Below are positions 1 to 10,281 of a stretch of 64,000 nucleotides of DNA, one piece after another; the stretch's first letter is position 1; every line of letters starts with the position of its first letter. A program made the position numbers and the translations under genes. The DNA is from Guillardia theta CCMP2712. Lineage: Eukaryota; Protista; Cryptophyta. The stretch is from the NCBI RefSeq assembly GCF_000315625.1, contig NW_005434610.1, positions 235,698 through 299,697 of the forward strand. The letters run 5' to 3'. The notes under the pieces were generated by a model. The model did no database searches. It saw only the letters and a program-made list of their open reading frames with translations, and was not told the origin of the DNA.

Positions 1-1455
1 GCGTGCAGCCGACGCGCTTGATCGCAGGGAATCACTCTATCCGTGGCGCCATGGACGATCAAGCAGGGACATCTGACCTGCCTTGACGTCTTAGACAAAC
101 TCACATCCGCCGCAAGCAGAAAGTCAAACGTTTGCGATGCAATCGTCCGAGGGATACAGATTCGCCAGCTCCGCCGTCAGCCAGGACGTCACAATGCCTG
201 CATGCTGTCGACCCGCGAGTGATACTCTTATCCAACGGAAGGTTTGGGGGAGGAAGGGGGGTAGGGAGAGGAGGAGGAGGGAGGAGGGAGGAGGGAGGAG
301 GGAGGGGGGAGGAGGGAGGAGCGCAGACCTGTGAAACAAGATCTTTGATCGAAGTGTACGGGCTAACAAGTATCAACCCTCCACACTCGAGCTCTGATGC
401 CTGTCAGCGCAACACAGTCAACGTCACAACCACAAGGGATAAAAGGGAGGAGGGAGGCGGGTTGATGGGCGGCCCTTGGAGGAGAGGAGAGGCGGCAGGA
501 GAAGACAGGAGGACAGGAGAGGACAGGATGAAATGGATCTCACCAACTTGACCGCGGGCCCGGTTCCTATCGATCGACCGAAGAAGATCACCCTCTTGGG
601 ATCCCAGTGCAGGCCTATGCCACGTCACCGCCCCGTCCCACTGCATGCTGGTCCCCAAACCTTTCACGGCGAACTCATAGGCGGCCAAGATGTTTCGGTT
701 CACAGAGAGCTCGTTCGGACTGTCCGGCGCGACTCCATAGCCTGCGGTGGAAGGCGGAAAGGGCGAGATGCGGAGGAGGAGGAGGAACGGGAGATAAGAG
801 GATGAATGGAATTTGATACAGGAGGGAGGGAGGGACGAGGAGCAGGGACAAGGAAGGGAAGGAAGGAGGGACGAGGAAGGGAGGGAGGGAGGGAGGAAGA
901 GAAGAATTTCACTCCTCCAACCGCATGCTCTCATCTCCGGCACATACCTGGGTACTCCGGGATGAGGACATGAACTCCCAGCGTGTCGCAGAGCCAGTGA
1001 CCAGCCTCGTAGAGCACCCCGACATCCTCCCCGTTGGCATGGCAGTAGATCACTATGTTGGAGGCTGGATCATCGAACATGAAAGGCTGCATCGGGTCAT
1101 CCTGGGAGCACTCTCAGCTCAGGACTATCATCCTCCCTCACCCGCTGCTCCTGCTCCTCACCACAATCTTGGAGGACATGCCTGGCATCACCGCGCAGGG
1201 AACGATGTTCCCTTCCCTCCCCACTATGCACCTGCCATGATCGCAGTCATCCCCCCAGGGTTCATCATGGACAAGCATGCAGCTTACATGAGCTCTCCCT
1301 CGAAAGATGCCCAGCTGTAGCTCGCAGCCGGCGCCTGTTGAACCTTATCGGGGCATATCGACTGAAAAAGAGCAAAGACATACTGGGAAGAGAAATCGAT
1401 TGAGGATACTCGTCTCCTTCCCAAACGCTCCCATGGATTCCGTGAACGACTGCAT
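1..1455 (-). CDS. ABHD17-like alpha/beta hydrolase, multi-exon, 3' end runs off the window
   Basis: Spliced minus-strand peptides ILNRFLFP / APAASYSW / IVIYCHANGEDVG...HVLIPEYPG / YGVAPDSPNE / IFFGRSIGTGPA (GxSxG) / ILVSPYTSIKD. The start ATG at 1455 is tentative. Confidence 0.8.
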
Positions 1456-2739
1456 CTTCAAGTCTTAACGACGGTGCCTGATCCCTTCCTGATGACGCCT
1501 CGGAGGAATGCAAGGAATCCAGCGCAGGCGGACTGAACAGGTTCTCCTCTGCGCTGTACCCTGCTGGGCTAGGTTTCCATGGCTCTTGATCGGCACAGAT
1601 GTCAGATCCTGCGAATCATGGTGAATCTATCAGACGAGACATGCGAACATGTCATTGTCTCGTTCCTCTGCCTCGTGGGCATCAGCAACTTCCTGCCTCA
1701 GCTATCTAGAGGTGTTTTGACCTCCATCACACGATTTACACACACTCATGAACTTCAAACTTTTCCTCCGCCTCCCTCACACACCATCCGATGCTCTGAT
1801 ACGTCCTAGCTCCCACAAATGAAGTCCAGCGCACTCGCTCACTTGATCCTTCCCGGTATCCCTTGCTCCACTTTCACTCCCGAGCACCACAATTCAGCTG
1901 CCCCGATTGCGCCTTCCTTGCGACGCCCTGTCCCACACCATCACAGCCATCATCACATCTCCCTTCAACTGCTCTTCATGTACTCCTGCTCTTCCTCCCC
2001 CTCCTCCTCCTCCGCTTCTACATCTTGTCGCTGCTCTTTCATATCTCGTATGCTTGCCGGCATTCGGGTAATGTTTCGCCATGGGGCAAGTGATCAAAAG
2101 GTAGTAGGGTGGTACAAGATTGGCCTTGCATATTGGGGGTAGGGGTTTGTGACTGGGGGGTCCATGACGTCATAGCACGATTGTGTACCGGTTATTTGTA
2201 TTGACTTTTCGTGATTGATACAGGGTGGGTCCAAACTTTAAGGGGTGGTATCGTATTTGGATAGGGTGATGGGATTGCAATCGGGTTTAACAAATGATGG
2301 GGTAGTGTTCGGAGATTACGGAAACAGGGGTGGTGCAGGTAAATAGTAGGTAGGGTGGTCAAAAGGACCTTGAAGCTACTGGGTGGGGGTGAGGGTACTC
2401 ACCCCTCCCCTCCATATGGTGCAGAAGCTCATCATTACCCCACAAATCTTGCGTAAAATCAGGGGTATTTTGAGTTCAGAGCACCCCCCAGCGTCCTACC
2501 TGTAGTAGTTTGTATGGTAGGGCTCAGATTGCTGCAGTACTAGTTACCGTTGGGGTGTCCAGGTTAGTGACTGCAGGGTAGGGGTCATACACCCACCGTA
2601 ACCCAAGTCAATCTAACAAGGGAAAAGGCAGGGTGAAGAAACTGAGAGGGTACTTCAGTACCCCCCCTCTTTGATATTGTACTGAGATGCAACCCCCTTG
2701 CCGCCGGCAGGAAGTTCGAGGATTTTGGTTTAGGGCCTT

Positions 2740-3135
2740 GGCCGGGCCCGCGACCCCGGCGCCGGGCCCGCCTGCCCGGGCCACCGCTGCCAGTCCGATC
2801 ACCGGGGCCCGTTGTCAGCCGGAACTTGACGATCAACGATCCTGTCTTTTGCCTCCTCGCCTCTCCTCATCGTCCTTGTACTGATTGGCAAGTAACTTAC
2901 TACGTGACTAAGTTGACAGTGACTAGTAATGCCACCGTCGGTCTTTTCTGTGACCCGGCGCGGCAGCCCCCACTCATCACTGGGTCTTGAGTCTGAGTCA
3001 TAGTAATCGGCCAGTCGGACTCCGAAGCCTCCGGTGGGCCCGGGCCCGGCCCGGCGAGCGGAGCCTCAGTCGTCACTGAGTCACGTGTGTGGCCCGGGCC
3101 CGGCCCGGGCTGGGCCCGCCGGGGGCCGGGCGATA
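2740..3135. promoter_or_regulatory. GC-rich palindrome-dense core of a divergent intergenic region
   Basis: Dense GGGCCC/CCCGGG/CCGG and ACTGAGT/GACTC words between divergent genes. GGGGTAGGGG-type tracts lie to the left and CCCTACCCC tracts to the right. Confidence 0.5.
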
Positions 3136-3835
3136 ATACTCAAAGGGAACTCTCATCTTTTATCTTCTATTTGTTTTTGGATGACACCACCTACTTGGTC
3201 ATCACCCTACCCTACCCCCGCCACTATGATGAGAAACCTCAATCTGTACCATCAGGAATGTAGACTTTCTTTGCCGAGAAGTACCGGTCAATGTTGACTC
3301 CATGGAACAAGTACCCCTTCTGCAGTAGACTCTCCACGCCACCCTACCCCCTATTCTGAGTCTAAAAGGTGCCGCCATGCTTGGTAAGGGCGCCAGAAAG
3401 GCATGGAAGGTGAGAGAAGCATTGTACCTCCTCCTCCTCCTCCTCGTCGTCGTCGTCCACCTCGTCCTCCTTTCCTTCTCCTGTCCTTCTCCTGTCCTTC
3501 TCCTGTCCTTCTCCTGTCCTTCTCCTGTACTTCTCCTGTCTTTCTCCTGTCCTTCTCCTGTCCTTCTCCTGTCCTTCTCCTTTCCTTCTCCCCTGATGCT
3601 CGTTTCCTCATTTTCACCAATCTTCCGCTTCTCCTTTTTTCGTCATCTCCCTCAGCCTCTTCCCGTTTCTTTTCTTTCCCTTTCGGTGTATTCATGTCAA
3701 ACACTATTAGCTACATCTACCGAATATTTCTAGTGCTCTCTTTCGTTTTGCTGACTGTGATCCTGCATAGCGCCTTCTCCATGCCTTCTGGTAAACCCGA
3801 ACGCTTAGCACCCGCACTCCTTCCAACGCCGAAGG

Positions 3836-6281
3836 ATGCGCGCATGGCTTACAGTGCTCTTTGCTCTCACTTTCGTCATCTTTTGCAGCTCAGATGAGAC
3901 GAGGACTGCAGACAGGCCTCCCTTGGGATGGTCGTCGTGGTATGGCCTCGGAAAGGAAGACGGTTGGCCGCAAACAAACGAGAAAACGATCAAGGAGATT
4001 GCTGGAGCCATGGTCGCGACAGGACTGCGAGATGCAGGATACACCATACTCCATGTCGACGACTCTTGGCAGTCCACAACTCGTGAAGCAGGGAAGGGAC
4101 TGCAAGCGGATCAGGCCAAGTTCCCTCATGGAATGAAGGACGTCGCAGACTTTCTTCGAGCACTCAACCTCACGCTGGGCTTGTATACAACGCCCGGACA
4201 CTTCTCTTGCGCGGGAGAGGCGGGGAGCGGGCAGCTGGGGAGCTATGGGCACTTGCAGGAAGACATCGACTTGTGGGTGGGCGAGTGGGGTGTGGGGTAC
4301 TTGAAGAACTGCATCTGCAACACAACCACCTCCATGCGCAGGACGGCGTACGCTGATGTCAGAAGGGCCATCGACAGGGCCCTGACAAGACGAAGGCGAG
4401 TGGATTTGACTCGGAAGGCTCCTCTTGCGATCTGACATGTATGTGGACAGTAAACGGAAGGACAGCGTAATCTACGAATGCTCGAACTACATGGATGCAC
4501 CATGGAGGAACGGACAGGCAAGCTCTCGCTGCTGATGTGCTCAGGACGAGCTCACTTCCTTTCCCCATTTCAGCACGAGTACTGCAATGTCTGGCGTGTT
4601 AGCAACGACGTTCCAGTGAGTCTCATCTCCCGCTCTCCGACGTCCCTGCACCGCAGCAGTGGACAACCTTCTGATCCACTCACTCTCACGTTTGTCAGGA
4701 TAACTTCGACGGGTGGAACAAAGCCGTGGATGCAGTGATGAAGAACGACGTCAACAGGCTTGCGGGACTTGGTGAGCGTACAGGCACACGTGGGGGTAAC
4801 TGCAGAAGGCTCATGTGCGGTGCAGGAGGAAGCTATGGGGCGAGGTGGAGCTCCTTCGACTTCTTGCAGGTGAGCCTTCCTTCCTCTTCCTCGTTGACAA
4901 GTTCTTCTTCTCCATCTGATCGTTGGTTCAGATTGGCTCCAAAGGACAAACTCTGTCAGAGTATCGAGCGCAGGTCTTGCTCCCCCCCCCCCCCCCGCCC
5001 TCCATTTTCCCCTCCTCGTTCCTCGTTCCTCGTTCCTCGTTCCTCGTTCCTCGTTCCTCGTTCCTCGTTCCTCGTTCCTCGTTCCTCGTTCCTCGTTCCT
5101 CGTTCCTCGTTCCTCGTTCCTCGTTCCTCGTTCCTCAATATCTCTTCTTCCTCTCGGGTTCCTGTGAGAGCCTCCCTCTGATTCGACCCCGTTCCCGCAT
5201 CTGTTTCTCGTCTGAAATTCTTGCCGCTCTGACGGTTTCATGCATTAGATGTCACTCTGGTCCATCCTTGCAGCTCCCATCTTCATCGGAGTCGACGTGA
5301 GGACGATTTCCAAGGAGGCGCTGGAAATCTACACCAACCCAGAGGTACATCATGGAGGAAGGAGAAGCGGAGAATGGCTGAATCGTCTCTTTCCTCTCCT
5401 CTCCCTCTGTCCCTCTCGTCACGCCCTCCTTGTCCCTCCTTTTCCTCCTCTCCTCCCCATCTCGTCCAGGTTCTGGCGATTAGTCAAGATCGTGATGGGA
5501 TCCCTGGATTCCGGATTTCTCGAGATGTTAAGGTCAGAGACAAACTCTCTTGCACTTCTTCACTTACACCTGCCGCGTGCAGTCAAACTTGGATGTCTGG
5601 GTCCGTCCATTATCGTGAGTCGTCTCGAGGGAGAGGCAGGGGATGAAGAGAAGGTGGAGGGAGAGGCAGGAGAGTTGCTTCCTGGGAAGGAAGGGGACAG
5701 GGTGCGAATGTTTGAGAGAGGAGGAAGGGAAGGGAGGCTGAGGTATTTGCTGACCTTCTCAACGCATAGGGAGCGTGCAGATGGTGAAAAATTGCACTAT
5801 CGACGAGCAGCACTGCTGCTGTTGAACCGTTCGGGGAAGCGAAGGTGAGGGAAAGACGAGCCGCCTGTCTCCCTCCTTGACTGGACGTGCCGGACAGGAC
5901 GATGGGGGTCAAGTGGAGCCAAGTGGCGAAGGGGAAGGGGATGGAGAGCTGGAGGCGGCGGAGCAAAGACTCCGTGGTTCTCGTCCGAGATGTCTGGAGG
6001 AAGCGAGACTTGGGGATGTTTGCCAAGGACTTTGAGATCGAGGTACGACTTGTGATGCGTCTGTGGAGGAAAGGAGGGGAGGAGAAGAGAGCTTGTGAGA
6101 AAAGATAGAAAATCGAGGTGGGAGAATTGAAGAAGATCTGCTGGCCAAAAATCAAGAGGGGGGAGCAGCAGTTACAGTAACCTGTCACGTTGCATTCACC
6201 GAGCTTTCATAGGTCGACCCGCATGCTGGCGTGATGTTGGTGCTGCGCGTGGAGTTGAAGGAGACTTCTCAGCCCTGGTAA
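3836..6281 (+). CDS. Secreted GH27 alpha-galactosidase-like protein (nucleophile Asp replaced)
   Basis: Signal peptide, PPLGWSSW, GLRDAGY..VDDSW, KFPHGM, LGLY, WGVGYLK, WRVSND, SLWSILAAPIFIGVDVR, YTNPEV/LAISQD and C-terminal VRDVW...VDPH beta-sandwich motifs. Stop at 6279-6281. Confidence 0.85.
5013..5136 (+). repeat. (CCTCGTT)n heptamer microsatellite, about 17 copies, intronic
   Basis: Directly visible tandem 7-mer. Confidence 0.95.
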
Positions 6282-6533
6282 GCCGAGTGGGCCCCCCTCG
6301 TTGCCCTTGCATGATGACATCACGCAGCGTCGGGCTGACCATGCAAGAGATCTTGTGCAACACTTTCGACGACCAACGGCTGAATCTTCAGTGATGACTT
6401 TATTGTTAGTGTCAACCATCTACTTCGACTGTACGCTGTCTTGTTGATGCGTCATGAACCGTTGTCGCCAGACTCATCCGCGTTCTTTACCCTCCTTCTC
6501 CTCCTCTCTACTCCTCTACCTTGCTCCCTCCCT

Positions 6534-7277
6534 TCACGCCCAGCTCGGGACATCGTACCTCTTGACAGGGCTCCACGACACTCGGAGCGGGTCAGCGTTC
6601 TTGAGCTGTAGGAATGCAACGCTCAAGTCTGCCCCTCTTGTCCTGTCTGCTGCTGCATCTACGAAGCCTCTCCACTCGCTCGACGTCCTCCTCCTCCACT
6701 CGGCCACGTCGCCCGGGACTGGGAAGCGAGTCCCCTCTTCCTTCCTGTGAAGTTCTCGCGCCTCAGCCGACTGCCGCCACTCTTCTGCTGCGTTTGCCCT
6801 CCACTCGTGGAGGCTCTTGAAGGCGCAGGGGCCCCAACCTGCTTCCTCAGAGGCGTCGAGGCTGCGAGACTGGGTCGATGCCCTCCACTCAAGCGCTGCC
6901 TCTTTGCGCCACGAGGCGATCTTGACGCGGAAGGAGTCGCGGCTTGCCGTCTCTTGTCCGCCGTTATGGACGGCGGCCTGGAGCAAGAGAGCAACAAATG
7001 CCGGGAGGAGGAGTGAAGCGACCTTGTAAGGCGAAGAGGAAGAGCTGCGGGGGAGCGGGGCTTGTTCTTGCACCTGCTCATGTCGTTCCTGTTCTGGCTG
7101 TTGATCGTAGCTCGAGACCTGTTTCTCTTCTGAGGTAAGGACGACCTTCGAAGGTGTCTTGGAAGGCTTGTCGACGACTGGAGATCGTACGAGGTTGCTG
7201 TTGATCACCGACAGAGGCCTCCTGCTCCTTAACTTGGGCGTCAGGATAGTAGAGGGACTGTTCTCGTTGTTCTCCAT
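6534..7277 (-). CDS. Hypothetical single-exon protein with one hydrophobic segment and Trp-spaced repeats
   Basis: Open frame from ATG 7277 (MENNENSPSTIL) to the stop at 6534, with hydrophobic VASLLLPAFVALLLQAAVH. A promoter-type block lies upstream at about 7500-7800. Confidence 0.6.
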   Translation of the reverse strand: MENNENSPSTILTPKLRSRRPLSVINSNLVRSPVVDKPSKTPSKVVLTSEEKQVSSYDQQPEQERHEQVQEQAPLPRSSSSSPYKVASLLLPAFVALLLQAAVHNGGQETASRDSFRVKIASWRKEAALEWRASTQSRSLDASEEAGWGPCAFKSLHEWRANAAEEWRQSAEARELHRKEEGTRFPVPGDVAEWRRRTSSEWRGFVDAAADRTRGADLSVAFLQLKNADPLRVSWSPVKRYDVPSWA

Positions 7278-7589
7278 CTTAGCACAATGAGCAAGAGTAC
7301 TCGAGGTCTGCTCTGGGTACAAGGGAGGCACAGGAGACGAAGGCAGGTGGAGGAGCAGTCCAAGAGACCAGCAAGGGATCAAGGAAGCTGCGAGGGGTCC
7401 GGCAGGAGCTGGAGTGGGGGGAGAGAAGGAGGGGAGGAGGGAGGGAAGGGCGAAGGGGTGGTGGGGTACCAGAGAAACTGCCGTTGAAGAGTTTCTGAAG
7501 AGGACCCCTACCGTTGAGTGGAAAATGGCTGAAGTCCAGAGGTGGGTGGGTTTGAGTAACTAAAAAAGGCTTAGAGTAAAGAGAAAGTC

Positions 7590-7800
7590 ACTTTGGACTC
7601 CGACGCTCCGGCCCGGCCGGCCCGTCGGGTGACTTAGACTGACTCAACTTCGAGTAAACTTTAGTTGATTGTCGGACCGTACACTGAGTGCGGGCGGGCA
7701 ACGGGAGTCGGCCTGAGTCGAACGGTTCCACTTGTCGGAGGCCAGCCTGAGCGTTGAATCTCATCATGCGCGGCACCTAGAAGTGCAATTTGAAAATTGA
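7590..7800. promoter_or_regulatory. Palindrome-dense upstream core
   Basis: CCGGCCCGGCCGGCCCG, GACTCA, ACTGAGT and CCTGAGTC words upstream of the 7277 gene. Confidence 0.45.
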
Positions 7801-7941
7801 AGTCTCGGAGGCTCAGCCGAGTATGATCATCGATGAGAGATCGAGACATCAGTCAAGGCTGAGACTTCATAGTTTCGAATTTACCAAGATTTACTACAAA
7901 CGACGATCATCAGGATGCAAATTATCCATTCTCAGCCACAC

Positions 7942-10281
7942 TTAAGGAGAAGGGTTCTTAGACACAATCATCTCACTAATCTCGGAAGCTAATAGTGATT
8001 TCAAAACACTCACTCCATCAGATTCGGTCCACACGGCAAGGACTCTCCTAACAGCAAGCTCAACTTCAGATGGCATGTCATAACCAGGGCGCATCTGTAC
8101 TGAAGGATCAGAAGTCTGTAAAGGCAATGGGAGGATCAATGCTCACCATCAAAGTGCCAATCTCGTGCAAGGTGAGTCCTGACAAGGCGGCTTTCTGAAT
8201 CAAAGTGGTCCCGATAAACAGGGTGATCAAGCATTCTTCCGGCAGACCCAAAGTGGTCTTCAACATTTCCATCTCTTCATCGGCATTCAGATTCTCAATG
8301 AACGACAAGGTGTCGGCACTGAAAGGTTTCTTAGCTTGAGGCCAGTGCAACCAACAAGTGTTCACATCCTGCGCTCAACATCAGAACTTTGGCACTCAGC
8401 AAGCAAAATAAATTTGCCACCTCAAGGTGTTTGAAGGATGGAAGCACGTAACCGTGGTCAATAGGAATCAGAGAGACTTTGCCAGAATGATGACGATTGA
8501 CCAGAAGGTTGTCCGAGTTCCGATCCATGTTGAACAAGCGGACATCCAATATGCCAATGTAATGAACCTGTTCGACATCCAACAGCGAGGTGCCAATATC
8601 TTCCGCTGTGCAGTCATGCTCATGGAACCTCTGCAACGAACCGACTTTGATCTGAACCTCAGCTTCAGACTTGGGCAGCAGAGTAGTATGAGAGATTCGA
8701 AGCATAGTAGTGCAAGGAACCTTGGCACGACTTTCATGGTCCAACAGATATGCAGCACATTCCCGAGCAGCTCCTCCACCAACTTTGATTCCACTTTTCA
8801 TTTCAGAGTACACGTCCATCATGCCAGTAAATCCTTTCGGATTGAATGGAGCATAAGGTTCCTCATCAGTGGGCTTGAAGATCGCGGTCTTGGCTCCAGC
8901 AGCATTTCGCATGATGTACGTACCACCACAGCAGTTGTCCACCAAATCTCCATAATCGAAATCAGAGAGCCTGGGCAACTGCGGCCGGCGATCCCAATCA
9001 CAATCCTGAGAATTACAGGTCCATTCAGAATCGAAAGACTTGTTTTCCAGGACTTCTGGTGCATGACCATATCGCAGACCACCTTGTACTTCCAAAACCA
9101 GCTGCTCTAATGCACCGAGCTTCTGCCTCTGAAGGAGAGGGATGCACATTTCTTTTGCTCCACGATCCCGGAATATTATGTGCAACTGGGAAGAGTAAAC
9201 TCCCCCGCCTGCTTGTATTCCGTGCAGAAGATACGTGTCCAACATGCCTTCAGCCGATGGATTGGACGGAGTCTTTTTGATGTCGTTATAGAGCATTCCA
9301 ATCATGCCACTACCCTCACATTCGGTGCTGCATTCGTAGATATCGAAGTACGAGGCATCCGAGGTAGGGGTCGTCTTAGCCGACAATATTGAATCCCACG
9401 AGCACTCGGTATTTAGCTCGCTGAGTTGGCAGTTGTTCCACTTGCCATTGTCAAGATCATTGTTTGTGGCTTTGATGCAGCCGGGAATGGTGATAGGACT
9501 TACACTTGTGATCAAGGCCGAAGAATCCGATACAAGAGAGTTGTGTCGAGGACTACTCGATGGACTTGTGACACATGGGCTCGTCACTGTATTGACTTGA
9601 GAAGAAGCAGTTGACGTCGTGCTTCCATCAATGCCTTCCATTTCTTCTCCAAAGAACGGCTGCTCCTCCTCCTGAGCACCTAACTGAACGGCTTCCGGGA
9701 GGTTCTGAGCTGCAAGACTCATGTCTGTGACAGATGCTAGGAAGAAACTGACCTGCAACCAACGAATTTATGGGAATATCAATCAAATAATGCTTCTTAC
9801 CAATTCAGTGACTCTAGGTTCAAGAGCAAGACAAACATTGGGCTGAGCACGTACGAAATCCCTAACCTGTTTCAACTTTCTCAGTACCAGGTTGTTTACA
9901 AACCTGGCTAAATACCTTCATATCGTCCGCGCACTCCTCCCCGTTGAAAGAAATCTGCTGGATATGTGACGGAATGATCCGTAGCCGATTATGACCCTGG
10001 TAAGATTGGATTCTTTCCTTCAATTCAAGGAAAATGGAATCAGGCCGGCATTCGACTCGCAACATTTTATCAAGGAGCAAATCCTTGACCTTCACTTGAA
10101 TATGGACACTTTCCTGTACAAGACGCTCAAGCTCTGAACGTTTGCGGGGTGGCGACTTGAAAATGCTGACACCCAAGACATCTTCCTTGAACAGAGTCGA
10201 TGACGAAACTGATCGCTTGAGTCTTCCAGCACACTGGGACATGGAAGTATTGGGAATGTCAACTCCTGTTTCGAAGTTCAT
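7942..10281 (-). CDS. Type II phosphatidylinositol 4-kinase gamma-like protein with an N-terminal ubiquitin-like domain
   Basis: GGTY..FKPTDEEP, ARECAAYLLDH, GSLQRF, IGILDVRLFNMDRNSDN, LIPIDHGYVLP, WLHWPQAKKPFS. The first exon resembles a UBL fold (IQVKVK...LKERIQ...ISFNGEECADD). Confidence 0.9.

Noticed and set aside
8427-9110. Long antisense ORFs (also 3890-4438, 36382-37152, 43267-43875, 44847-45365)
   Set aside because: These are shadows of real genes on the opposite strand in GC-rich coding DNA, with no motifs of their own.
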